64,000 nucleotides of DNA from Entomortierella parvispora E1425 (taxonomy: Eukaryota; Fungi; Mortierellomycota), in contig BQFW01000004.1 in the NCBI GenBank assembly GCA_020891255.1, positions 558,001 through 622,000 on the forward strand, written 5' to 3'. The notes under the pieces were generated by a model. The model was not told the origin of the DNA and ran no database searches. It saw only the letters and a program-made list of their open reading frames with translations. The position numbers and the translations under genes were made by a program. Position 1 is the stretch's first letter. Each line of letters opens with the position of its first letter. Shown here one piece after another: positions 1-12,036 of the stretch.

Positions 1-1395
1 CGCTAGATGTGCGTTCGAGATTGACAAGATTGGCGGTCTCTGTCAGGTAGGTAGCCAAAGCTAGAGCATTCTCGCCCATATGCTGAGGAAGTCCGGCCTC
101 CATAAACTCATCGAGATCAAGGTGCGTGTGGTACAGGTAGCTGTTCTTGTAGACCGCCATATCTAGACCCGTGAGGTTGCCATGGTCGACAAACTGACGG
201 AAGTCCGTGTCGGACAGGATCAAGCCAGTGGCAAACAGATCGTTCGCCAAGACCGTGCCATGTGGATACGGCACCGTACCGTACGCCTCGATCATCTCAC
301 GTGAGTTGGCTTGGAAAAGGACCTCAGGTCCACTAGTTCCACATGCCTCGAGGTTGACGACCGCTCGGACCTTATCCTTGAGCTCGTGACCAGTAATGAA
401 GGAATGCGATGCATCTTGCAGAGACTCCTCACCACCATTGAATACTGAAGCAAGATCGGAGGTTAGTCCAAAAGAGTTAACAAGAACAAGGTATATGCAA
501 TATATAGACGGGACTTTGGCACAGGGTACTTACAGAAGATGACGCTGTTTTTCTTTGGCGCAGGTCGGAGGGACATGATGCGGATGATCTCCATCATCAC
601 TCCACACCCCAGGGCGTCGTCCGCTGCTCCAGGGCTTCCAAGGGTGGTGTCGTAGTGGGCATTAAGGAGAATCGAGTTTTCATCGCACTCTGGGCCGCAG
701 GAGAGCCGTACAATGATATTGGTCATGTTCGTGTACATCTTCATGACCACTGGTATATGATTGTAATGAAGTGAATTTAATTAGCCAAAAGGGTCGATCG
801 TTACAACTGAGCCCCTCGCTCTCGAAATTGTATTCTTACCTTTTGACATGAAATCAAAGCGATGGGAGCCGTCGCCCACCTGAACCCACATATCAAAGTT
901 GGGAAGATCATGGGCTCCTCGAAGGGATTCGATATGTGCTTGTTCCCTGAGAGCACTGAGTTCCTTGATAAGATAGGTCTTGGTCTCCTGTTCCTGTTCT
1001 GTGCCCACGACGCGATATCCAATATCGCGAGTCATGTACCTCACGACTTGACGGACATTTTCTTCCGAGAACTGAGGCTGGCCTGTAACGGGATCTCGTC
1101 CTCCGTGGATAGGGGTGGGCAGACTGTAGTGGATCTGGAAGGTAATCATGGAGATCAAGGTCAAGAACCCGAGCAAGAGACCCCAAGCAGAAAAGATTGC
1201 CCTTTTGCTTGAGAACGCCGAGTGCTTCTTCTTGCCTGCTCCTTCCCCATCAAGAGTATTGAGGTCAAAATGACTGAAGGGTGATCGTATCGCAGCATCT
1301 ACCAACTTCTCAGGAGAAAAGATGGCTAGAGGATCATCGTCATTTTCAAAGGCGTTGTTGAAATGGCGCTGCTTGAGGGCACCGATGGCTTCCAT
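1..1395 (-). CDS. M28-family ER membrane metallopeptidase (ERMP1/Fxna-like), 5' part; runs off the left edge
   Basis: N-terminal TM helix, then LLNAHYDT..SPGAADDALGCGVMMEIIR and LFNGGEESLQDASH zinc-ligand motifs. Intron 750-839 (GTAAG..CAG) joins FMSK|VVMKMYTN; a second intron lies at ~463-530. Confidence 0.9.
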
Positions 1396-2402
1396 TCAAA
1401 GAGGTATTCTTCCTTTCAAAAATCGTAAAGGATGCTGGGCTGGTTTTGCTGACTGGGGGGAGAGAGTTGTGCTTGGCGTGGAAAGATAGTCGTGAATGTA
1501 GGAAAACAAAGGCACAGAAAGGTCTATTTCTAGTCGTTAAATGCGTTCGGGCAGACGTGTTTGGCTGAGAATCGGTGAAGTTGCGAGAAACGGTTGGAAG
1601 ATGAAGACGAGGACGATGTAGTGAGAAGGAAATGGGGGGCCAAGGGCCGAACGTGCGCGCCAGGAAGGCTGAGGTTACTTCTACTGCAACAGGGAGGGTA
1701 TGTGGATGAGCGAGGGGAGGAAGACAAGGAAGAGGAAAAGAGAAAGAATGGAAGAGAAGAATGAAAAAAGAAAGAAAAAAAAGCCACGGATCCCGATGCA
1801 TCACTCAAACCAACTCGCCCCTCCCGTGCATCCGCCCTTTCCTCCTTTGGCCATTTGCTTCGCTCGCGTGCTCGAGTCCTCTCGCCGTGACCACCGCCCC
1901 CATGGTTCTCGTCTCACTGGACACTGAGTCTTCTCTCTTACTTTAATGGCCATAGGCACTGGCTTGGCAAGTCAAGAAGATTGCGGCACATGGCAGGCAG
2001 CTCGGCGTGGCCCAACAGCATGTGCCCGACAGCGAACTCTAGGCGGGCTCCTTTTTGCCAACATAGGCTGCCCTTTGTCTCTTTGTCTTTGAGTCGCCCC
2101 TAAATCCATATCCCGACCAAATAGGAGAGAGACATCGGGCATGGGCCACATGGATTACAGAAGACCCTTTTCGTTGTTGATTCGATGATTGTCTGTGTCC
2201 TCTGTCTCCCCTCGTGTCCCCTCCGACACAGACACATACATGCTGTTCTGACGCTGTATTGTTTGTTTCAACATAAATTGCCCGACTTGTGCTCGGTCAT
2301 TCGCAGGAGTTCTTCAGGGGCGAACATCAACTCCCTCAATCCCAAAATATCGCATCGTTCTTTCCGAGAATGAAGTAAAGCCCAGGCCTTTTATTTTGAT
2401 TC

Positions 2403-4303
2403 CTAGGACACCACTCTGCAGTCAAAAAGACTCAGCATGTCTAGGACGACAATGCCGCGCCTTGCCATCTCAAATTGTTCCTCGTCATACACTTCAAACT
2501 TTCCCAAGACAGGACGTCCCTCGTCATCCAGCTCCATAGGCTCTCTGAATTTACGCGCAAGTTGAACTTCGGCCTGGTTCTCGACTTCTGACCATTTGAG
2601 GACTTTTGCTTCCTGGGAAATAGATATGATCAAGAAACAACAGAGCCTGTTAGAGTGGATAATGGCTCACACGGGTACCGTAGATTAGAACTGTGCTTTA
2701 TCGTACCTTGAACTCGGAGATGATAGGAGAGTAATCGGCACCGATCTCCAAGGTCTATATGCGAAAGAATCCGTTGGTTAGATTTTTTGTGTATATTGGC
2801 CGTTGTTGAGCACTCATCCATATCAACAACCAAATTACTTTGAAAGCGATCACTTCTCCCACACGCGTCTCTCCAGTGTGCTTCGGCAGAGACTCATAGT
2901 CGCGTGGACCACTGGATTCCTCGTGATCTTCTTCGTGTGGATCTGCTTTTGAAGATTGCACTTCAACAGCGAGAGATCCATCACTGACTGCTGCAGTTGA
3001 CGTTTGATGAGGTGGGGCATGTGCGGGTGCTGTAGGCTGATGAGCCTTTGTCGCTGGGCTCCAAGTCGCGTGTTGTTTCCTGTTGACTAGGTTTTGGTCC
3101 TGGAGCTTAACGGTTGTCATGAAGACCTTTGCGGGAGTAGATTTGGTCGGCAACGCTGCCGTCTGCGAAGAAACGGCACTTCCTGCTACAGAGACACCGC
3201 CGGATACGGCGGCCTTCAACTCTGCAAGTTTTTTCTTTCTCGACTCTTTCAGACGAGCATTCCTGCGCGCATTCCTGGCCTTTGTGCTGGCACTTCCTGC
3301 TCCAGGAGGGGATGAAATCTTGCTGGATGCAGTCTTTGCCAAAGCCTCGTTGCTACTATTGCCGTCCTTGCTTGAATCTGACGAGTCGCCATTGTCAGAA
3401 TCGCTGCTGTCAGAGTCATTGGTGTCAGAATCGCTGTCAGAATCGCTATCCGAATCACTGCTTTCCGAATCGCTGTCGCTGCTGCTTTCTGATGAGCTCG
3501 AGGAGTCTTTTGCGGAGGCCCTTGTCTTGGGCCAGCCAGGTGTTTTGCTGAGCTTGTTGCTCTGACCCCCCACAGCAGACCTGATGTCAGTCTTTTCCTG
3601 TGGTGGCAACGACATTGGCGGCTTCTTTGACGCTTGCTTTCCCTGTGGAGATTTTCCGACTCCTTGATCGCCCGCTTTGCTCTGAATGTGTTTCTGATGT
3701 TGATTGCCAGAAGCCGCAGGAGTTTTTTTGGAATACTGCTGCTGAGAATTGGCGACGAGAGGTGAGGCGTTTTTGTGAGGCTGTTGCTTTCCAGTAGCCG
3801 CTTCTTTTCCAGGGGGCTTGTTTGAACTTGGCGAGTTCATTTGCCCTTTGCCTTGGGGTCTCTTCCTGGTCCTCTGGCGTTTGCTCCTTTCCTGACCAGT
3901 ATTTACCTCTGGCTCATCTCTCCCATGCTTCCTCCCGCCAGCTGCCGGAAGAGATCGAGGAGGCAAAATATCAGATTTTCGACGGATCATGACTCTATAT
4001 ATTCAAAGCATGATTATTAGTAAAAGTTGATCCGTGAAACATCAGTCCTTCTTATTCCAAAGAGTGATCTGATCAGAGCACTTACTGCAGCAGATCGCCA
4101 TCATTGAGAGATCCTGCGATCGTGGATGCGGGCAGGAGGAAGAAGCCATCCAAGTCAAGGCGAGTCGTTTTGCAGACTTTGTCAAGTTTGAACCCCTTTC
4201 GGATAGATCGCTGCAGGTCCTTGATTGTCGCGCATGTCGCTGGGACCTCGTACCAACACTTGTATGGAGGCAAAGGGTCTTCAAAAGTGAGTCTGACACG
4301 CAT
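2403..4303 (-). CDS. COIL: Coilin-like protein (coilin N-terminal domain, Ser/Asp- and Lys-rich disordered middle, C-terminal Tudor-like domain)
   Basis: Exons 4303-4086, 3994-2839, 2754-2707, 2612-2403, all with GT-AG junctions in frame. The N-terminus MRVRLTFEDPLPPYKCWYEV..DLQRSIRKGF..LDGFFLLP..LNDGDLLQV parallels the coilin N-domain as recalled (VRLRLQFDYPPP..DL..IRQRF..LEGGLLPP..VRDND). The C-terminus RDYESLP..VGEVIAFK|TLEIGADYSPIISEFK|EAKVL..GKFE parallels [33 protein letters not shown]..GKFD. Confidence 0.75.
3398..3480. repeat. Imperfect 12-bp tandem repeat (GAATCGCTGTCA-like) encoding the SDSD tract of the coilin-like protein
   Basis: Repeated gaatcgctg/gaatcactg units are visible; they translate as SDSDSESSDSDSDSDSDSD on the minus strand. 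Confidence 0.7.
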
Positions 4304-4653
4304 CTAGCAATGAGATGATTTTGTAGCGAAGTTGGAAATGGCGTTTATGCAGTGTCTTCCTGGTAGCCAAGAGTCTTTCGGGGAGTGTACGCAGTCCTGA
4401 GAGTCGGTACTGCAAGCTGCCACGGGGAATGACCAATAGCCAAGTATCAGGGGCAATGACTGGAGAAGCAAGGATGCAAACAACAAGAACATGGTGGCAA
4501 AGCTTTTTTGAACAAAAAGATTCGTCACGTGATGAGTTGCTGATGGATTATTTGATCTCTTCTGCTGCATTTGCATCGCATCGCTTCGCATCTCGCTTGT
4601 TCTCTTCTGTCCTCTTCCTTCTCGACTCAACATCACCCTCCACACCGCACAGC

Positions 4654-6140
4654 ATGTCGCAAATCAAGGCTGATCCCAACAAAGTCTCATGGGAGGAATC
4701 GGTAAAGATCCAATGTCCTCGTGCATTAGGTCCAGACACCCTAGGATGTCATCACAAGGCACTACTGATCACGGCGATTGAATACTCATCCTCTTTTGTT
4801 GATTAATAGGAGTTTCCCATTCTCTGCGAGACCTGCCTCGGCGACAACCCATATCTACGCATGGTAATTCAGCGGTGACATGCTTGACACCTCAGGATTC
4901 AGGGAGCAGCTTTTGACTAGAATGATTTGTTTGGACGAAGCGATTCTAATCGTCCTTCTTTTTCGTTTTTGTCCCTGATAGACCAAGCAGTCGCAGGCAA
5001 AGGAATGTAAAGTCTGCACCCGACCCTTTACAGTCTTTAGATGGTGCCCAGGAGTCGGCATGCGTTTCAAGAAGACAGAAGTTTGCCAGACCTGCTCCAA
5101 AGTCAAGAATGTTTGTCAGACTTGCTTGTTGGATCTCGAATTCGGACTGCCAGTGCAGGTCCGCGACACAGCTCTCGGCCTAGCAGATGAGGCTCCTCGG
5201 TCCGATGTCAATAAGGAATACTTTGCACAGAACATGGATGCACATGTAAGGACTTTAGCAGACTCCATGCAACCGGAACTGAAGGGATTTGTCAGCACCT
5301 CTTCACTAATACTTACGCTTTTTTTCGCCTGCTGCAATAGTTCCAAAACACTGAGAATGGATTGGGTTCAGGAGGGTTCGGGAAGGCAGAATCTGCAGGA
5401 AGGGAGATGCTCAAGAAGCTGCAGCGGACAGAGCCATATTACAAACGCAACAGACAGCACATCTGCTCGTTCTTTGTTAAAGGAAACTGTACACGAGGAG
5501 CTGAGTGTCCTTACCGTCATGAGATGCCAGCTGGCGGAGAACTGAACCATCAAAACCTCAAGGATCGTTACTACGGAACCAACGACCCTGTGGCCCGAAA
5601 GATGATGTCCGGACCAAGAGCTGGAGGTGGAAAACAGATGTCACCCCCAGAGGATCAGACAATTGTAAGTTTTCCACAAAGTGCTTATTGCACAGATAGA
5701 TCCAACATATTTTCAAAGGACATGATGACTAATATCCTTACCTCTCTCTACCATAGACCTCCCTGTTTATCACTGGTATCACTGAGGACATCAAGGAGCA
5801 GGATCTTCGAGGATTTTTCTATGCTTTCGGAGAGATCAAGTCAATTGTCGTTGTTCTGAAGTCCAAGTGCGCATTTGTGAACTTCACCACGAGGATGGCT
5901 GCAGAGCTGGCATTCGAAAAGGCAGGGAGCGGTGTTAATTTGCAGGGTGTTGCTCTTAGAGTGTCATGGGGAAAGTCAAGGCCTGTTGGTGCACGGGCTG
6001 AGCAAAAGGGAGTTGAGGCTGCCCCTACTCCTGCTGCTGTCATGCATGCGCTTGAGACAGGACCACCCCCACCACCAGGTAGCAAATCCAAGTTTGCCTA
6101 TCCTAGTCAAGATCCAACATACCAGGGCTCGACCAGGTAG
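4654..6140 (+). CDS. SLT11: Pre-mRNA splicing factor RBM22/SLT11 (zinc fingers, CCCH finger, RRM)
   Basis: [78 protein letters not shown], then an RRM (CAFVNF). Introns 4702-4809, 4864-4981, 5246-5340 and ~5666-5756. Confidence 0.95.
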
Positions 6141-7213
6141 AGGAAACATTATTATGTTTGACCTCTTTGTACTATTTCAAATAAACATTTTTATTCAGGT
6201 TATGAAATAGGCCGCGTAGAGAACGAGTAGTGTAAAACTCAATCCATGTTTATTCCTCTCACGCCACATCGAGACGCCCTCTGCATCTACAAGATATCAG
6301 AAGAGAGCAACATGCACGTCTCCCGGTTAACGACAATATGAAAGAATTAAAAACGCAGCAAAGCGTTGGGTAAGCAGACATCAAAACCCCTGGCTGATTT
6401 GTTTCCACGGCGTGCCCACTAACAAATTACCAGGGTTTATATTTGGATGCTCTTTTTTTTCCTTCCCTGTCCACCTGCTTGGACTTCCACTTTGGATTGC
6501 TCCATGATTCCAGGCCAATCTTTTTCCGTACAACCACACCGACTCCTACTCCTTTACGACCCCGCCTGGATCTACAGCCCGACCTGGTATGCCCCTGGGC
6601 ACCCTTTTTGTCAACTGGCCGGGTGCACTCGTTGTAACTTTGGGTGCTCCTCCATTCCCGTCCCGCCCGTCTCTTGAAATCTTTCTATGTACTGCTGGAG
6701 TCCGTCCCTGCAACCACCCGCCCCCAGTGTTGGTTTGCTGTTCCCCAGGATCCAATTTAGACCCCAGCCCAGCATCTCTATCTCACCATGGGCGTCCATC
6801 CCCCCATCTGCTCACCTCTTTTTTGTTTTTTCACTTTCTCACTCTGCTTCGCCGTTTTTTTTTTCTTTCCCTTTCTACTTTTTTTCCATCTTTCACTCCT
6901 CGCTCTGTTTCTTCTCCCTTTTTTCTTCGTCGTTCAGAACCGCATCGCTCCCTCCCCTTCCTAACTTCCATCCTTTCTATCCCTCTCTTTTCTTCTCACA
7001 CCTTTCACTCCCTCGGCAATCCCAATAAAATCCCGACACCCTTCGCTCTTTCTCCTTGATCTGTCCCTGAGCAACATAACACAAACAAGACACACACACT
7101 CACAACACTCGTCATCTAGATCTTAGGGATCGACCCTCTCTCTCCTTCTCTAAGTCTCTCACTTTTGACACACCAGCGTATCCATCCATCCCCTCCCTCT
7201 CCCTCCCTTGAAC

Positions 7214-9825
7214 ATGGCACAGCCAAACAGTGGGGATAGCATCACAGTGATCCCCCATACAGCTGAAGCACCAGCTCCCTCCTCTTCCACAAACCCCAGA
7301 GCCACCACCATCACCAGAGCCTCAACCACCATTGACAACAATCGGGGAGCAGCATTGGCGCCTCGGCCACTGTTCTTGGGTGGCAGGTTAAGATCCCGCG
7401 CCACCGCTTACTCCACTGCGGCCACCGAAAAGACCAACAATGCCGAACCGCCTTCCTCTGAAGTTCGTCGTCGCGTGATGTTTGACGAAGAAAAGAGTGG
7501 CGACTTGACCTTGTCAGGAACAGGCATGATCGAACCCTCTTCGTCCCCTTCCCCTACCGCCACCACCACCAAAGATAACAAACGTCTCTCGACCACAGTG
7601 GAACTTTCTCACATCGACAAACACGACGGTCGACCGTTGGAGGATCTCAAGAAGGATCTGGAAGAGAAGGTGAACAAGGTCCAAGTCGGGCTGGAGCATG
7701 GGATCGATCATATTGAAGAAAACGTTGAAGAACACTACCGCACCTGGACAGACCGACTGCATGGTCATCGACCTGACCGTCATTTGTTCCCTTATCGAAG
7801 CGTAAAGGAGAACCTTCGAGCGGCCAGAACTTTCCTGCGTCGGTTCTTTTTCTTGATCTTGATCATCCCTGCCTGGGTGGTCCCCTTCGTGTTGACAAAC
7901 CAGGCCAAACACAAGTTGGAGGAGGAACACAGTGCCGCACCACCGCCGGCGCATGGAGCCAACGGCACAACAGGGGCCATGCTGATGTGGGCTTCGGCTG
8001 CAGCTACAGGCGGTGGAGAAGCAGGAGGAGAAGGAGGGGAATCCGAGGTTATGTTGAGCACCGGTGCCAATTTTGTCGTCTTTATCTTGAACATGCTGGT
8101 GATGATGCACCTGGGCAAGGCCGCGGGTGTTGCTTTGGAGGAGTTGGTTCCACGATTTGGACCGGTAAGTTTTTCTTTTTCTCTTTTTCCTCTTTCCCTT
8201 TTCCCTTTTCCCTCTTTCACTTTCGATGATCATTGTGCATGCATGCAGACCCTTTTGGACTTGGAGAGGGGTCCAGACAGCAGGGTGAGCGGCCGTCAAT
8301 CAACCAACCGCTGGTTTGATATCTGCTGGTGCAGTGGTCGGTGGCTGGTTGCGGTTTTGCTACTGCTCTCGATTTTTTTATCTTCCCGAGGAGAAAAAGC
8401 AGAAGGGGAGGGAAAGTAAAAAAAAAACAAAGTTGCAGATACCGGGGGTGGACACAGGGTCTTCCTTGCCCCGAACGCACGCAACAAAACGCCGAGGTCC
8501 TGTTAAAACGTTTTCGCCTCTAACCCCCCATGTCACGCGCGTACTTCCCCCCCTCCCTTCCTCACACGAAATATAGAGTATTGTCAGTGTCTTTGATGCC
8601 ATGACCAGTAGTTCCGTGGAACTGGCTGTTGCTCTATTTGCTCTCATTCATGGCCTTGTCTCTGTGGTGCAAGCTGCTATGCTTGGTGCTATGTTGAACA
8701 ACCTGTTGTTGGTAAGCCATCGTCGAATTTTACCTTCCTGTCAGCAATTGACGCATTCACGACTAACCTATCATGGACATGTCTAGATGCTGGGGGTCGC
8801 TGTAACATACGGAGGCTACTACCATGAGCATCAATATCTGAACAAGGTAAACTACTTGGACAGAATTCAGGAACAAGACATCCAGAAATGGACACGGGTG
8901 TCAATTGGGAAACTAAAACCGGACCTTTTTTTTTGGGGGGGTTCCCTTCACATTATTACAAACATGATAGGATACCACACAAACAAGTATCAACATTCTG
9001 ATGTTGACGTGTATCGCCTACATTATCCCGGTGGCAATGGATTCAACTCTTCGAAGTGTCTACTCTGCCAACATGCCTGTCGTCACAGATCCCCATCAGG
9101 TGGCAGAACAGAAAGCCCTGCTCGAATCCTTGGTTGACAGGGATATCCTCAAGGTTTCTCACGGCATGGCCATCGTCTTTTTGATCATCTATGGCGCTTG
9201 TCTCCTCTACCAGTACCACAGCCGCACCTTCATGGTCACGCCCGAGGCCAAGCATGAGGGCCCTCACTCGGTCGAGAAACGTTATACCCATTTCTGGTTC
9301 GCCGGTTTTGCATACCTGTGCTGCATGGCCGCCCAGATCTACTCTGCAAAACTCTTGGTGCGCTCTGTCGAGTCCTTGGGTCATCAGCTCAATCTGGGCG
9401 AGCCGTTCGTGGGTTTTATTCTCCTTCCCATTGTCCTCATTGCGGATCTTCAGGAGGAAGTAGTGGCGGTTCGGGAATCCAAGGCGAACCATTTGGACAA
9501 GGCAGTGTCGTTGATGGTGGGATCCTGTATGCAAATTGCGCTTTTGGTCACACCTATCCTGGTCTTGATCGGGTGGGGCATCGGTCAGCCCATGACCTTC
9601 CGGTTCTCATACTTGGAGGCTGCTGTCCTGGTGGGCTCGGTCCTGATCGTGAACTACTTGATTGGGGATCGAGAGACGAATTGGTTTGAAGGCGTGATCC
9701 TTCTGGCCATCTTTTTGCTCTGTGCCATCGCCTTTTACTATGATGACTCTGCTCCAGCGGAGGGCGCCAGTCTCGATAAAGGAATTTCAGAGGCGGGATC
9801 CCATGCCTTGCGCCCTTTAACGTAG
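7214..9825 (+). CDS. CaCA-superfamily cation/H+ exchanger (CAX/VCX1-like), divergent
   Basis: Exons 7214-8164, 8577-8711, 8787-8846, 8971-9825. VVQAAMLGAMLNNLLL, GFILLPIV and VGSCMQIALLVTPILVLIGW..QPM align to CAX repeats. Long disordered N-terminus. Confidence 0.85.
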
Positions 9826-9943
9826 ACAAAAGAGGACCTTCCTAAATCTCATTTGTAATTATTTTATTTGTCCAAAATATATGGGTATTCTTTCTTGAAT
9901 GCAGTAGTGATGATGGTAGTGATGACGACGTTACTTCAATGGC

Positions 9944-10445
9944 CTAAGCGGCATCTTCAGGCAGGGATGTAGAATTGGCCATCAACGTCGATAATGAGAC
10001 ACCAGCCTCGGCGGCCTGGCGTTTCTCTTCGTCGCTGCCATAGAGAATGTCGTGTCGTCGTTGTTCTGCAACTCGGATCTGCATCTCGCGGTCCCTTCGC
10101 TCAAAGTTGGTGAATGTGGTATCTGAACCATTTCCGAAGCCGCCCAAGAAAACTGCAACCATGAGCCATGCCTAAGTTGAAGAAAGGAGATAGGTACAAA
10201 AAGTGAGTAAAGGAAGATGGGCGGCAATAGGAGGGGGGATGTACTGGAGGGAAATCCAAGTTGGTGGAAGACAGCCGTAGCAATACCTTTTGAGGAGGAC
10301 GGATAGCAGCGAATCTAGGAGAGATTGCTGTCAAAACGCCACCAGCAAAGAGACCGATTGTGCAATATTTGAGGGCGCCAAGAGCTCCACCGCGCATGGC
10401 CTCCGATGCGGCAAGGCTGTCCATGTTTTGTTTGATAAGACGCAT
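9944..10445 (-). CDS. Small two-TM membrane protein, possibly mitochondrial Rcf2/HIG1-N-like
   Basis: ATG at 10445; one intron (~10173-10287) joins RPPQK|AWLMV; ~128 aa. The GG..G helix, then P.F..IRPPQKAW helix, then FERR layout resembles the Rcf2 N-half from memory. Confidence 0.5.
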
Positions 10446-11088
10446 GTTGAAAGTGATGATGTTATGAATATGTGAGTAGGGTCGGTGGAACGAGGACGTG
10501 GATAGGGTATTATTACTGATGATAAGGATAGGGAGTGGAAGGAGATGTGTGTTTTGAGGTGTGTAAGAGTGATGTGCAGGAACAGAGAGGAAGAGGGTTC
10601 TTTTATACCAGCGTAGGTGCGGAATCTCGGCCTTCTTCAATTGCTCAAATCATCCGAGCGTCCACCTCAGCTACAACGGGCGCAGAAACCAAGCGACACC
10701 GGACTCATCGTCATCCACTCTCCTAAGAAGAACAAAACCCAAACACGGACAAGAGGCTCCTTTGACTACGCCCAAGCTCCGAGCGCAAACCTGAAAGACA
10801 GCAAGAGAAAAAAAATAAAGAGCGACGGCACTCACCGATTAGGAACAACCGGACCAGCCCGCCCTGTGTGCTGTTGTCTCACACCCACCTTATTTCAATT
10901 TCTGTTCTTGCTCCGAGAAACGCACCTTTAAACTCGGCACACCCGCACCACATCCCTCCTTGAGTCCCAGTCTTCTACTCCTATAGATCCCTGCAGCTGT
11001 ATCCGCATCACCAGCACCTTCCTCAAAAATCGCAAAAGACTGCACAGGTCCAGAGGGCCAAAAAAGGAGCACTGGATGTGCAAAAGGT

Positions 11089-11159
11089 TGCGTGGTCCGG
11101 GAATCGAACCCGGGTCTACCGCGTGGCAGGCGGTAATTATACCACTAAACCAACCACGC
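11089..11159 (-). tRNA. tRNA-Gly(GCC), copy 1
   Basis: GCGTGGTTGGTTTAGTGGTATAATTACCGCCTGCCACGCGGTAGACCCGGGTTCGATTCCCGGACCACGCA: 71 nt; acceptor stem, anticodon stem ACCGC/GCGGT, T-loop GTTCGATTC. A T4 terminator lies 4 nt downstream. Confidence 0.97.
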
Positions 11160-11206
11160 TTTCCTTATATGGATGTTCTTGGCTGATGTGCTTTTGTCCT
11201 CACTTA

Positions 11207-11435
11207 ATCACGTGTCGCCCGCCGATTGATCACGTGATATATACTGATCACGTGTGCGGCCCACTCGCCCAGTCGCCACCATGCCCTCTGTTTTGTTTCT
11301 GTCCTCCACGCCGCCTACGATTTCTACAGAGGCAGCGGAACCTGCGCACGTAACCACACGCCAAGAAGGCCCTCCCTCCTAGACAGTCTTCACGGCACGG
11401 ACGGCGTTGACCCTGAGTCTGTTCGCCTATATAAA
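11207..11435 (+). promoter_or_regulatory. Three ATCACGTG E-boxes plus a TATATAAA box (putative Pol II promoter on + strand)
   Basis: CACGTG at 11209, 11231 and 11249, each preceded by AT; TATATAAA at 11428-11435. Confidence 0.45.
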
Positions 11436-11457
11436 CCCTTTCCCCGTTCGAAAACGC

Positions 11458-12036
11458 TCTCTTCTTCCAGAACCACTGCTTCCGCTCCCCTGAACGACCG
11501 AGCTCCATCACACCGATAGGTAGTGTGTTGCCGAGGCTGATAACGCCTCTTGCACAAAGCATGGATGACCAGCTAAAATCCATCTCCTTCGTCTCCTGGA
11601 CAACCTCAGACCTGAGGCTCTGAACTGTTCGCTTTTGCAGAAAAATATCGGGAAAACCAGAACGCTGCTGGAGTCTCCTTCGTGGGTTTATTTGCATGAA
11701 AAGATGATCAGCGATTTCTTTGATAACCTCCCGAGGTTTTTGCGTCTACAGACGTGTGTTGACAATGACCAATTGCCACGCCTTGACCTTAGAGCCCCTG
11801 ATCTAAAATACTGGGGTTGTTTCATTCCTCATTCATCCATTCCTAACATGTCTAGTGGCTTCAACTCCAGTTCATTACCGCTCGTGTATAACGGTAGGCA
11901 ACGAGGTCGTGTTCAAGTTGACATGAAATCTAAGGGGTTCCAGGGGATGTTAGTGGGACCATTTTCCACGACACGATCCTCAAGTGTCTGGCTATCTTTC
12001 TTTTTTAACAAACAAAAAAAAAGGAGAACAAAGTGA
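11458..12036 (+). pseudogene. Broken reading frame, possibly a degenerate LRR/F-box-type fragment
   Basis: An open frame LFFQNH..SISFVSWTTSDLRL* shifts near 11610 into NCSLLQKN..ISDFFDNLPRFLRLQ..PDLKYWGC. The resemblance to LRR repeats is weak. Confidence 0.25.

Noticed and set aside
3083-3565. Ser/Leu-rich + strand ORF with SESL repeats
   Set aside because: Antisense reading of the coilin SDSD repeat.
6443-7059. Several Phe/Ser/Leu-rich ORFs in pyrimidine tracts (also 15987-16619, 17760-18269, 20655-21182)
   Set aside because: Low-complexity CT-rich 5'UTR, promoter or intron DNA gives hydrophobic-looking spurious ORFs.
7514-8299. 261-aa and other ORFs antisense to the CAX gene
   Set aside because: Shadow ORFs with no homology signal.
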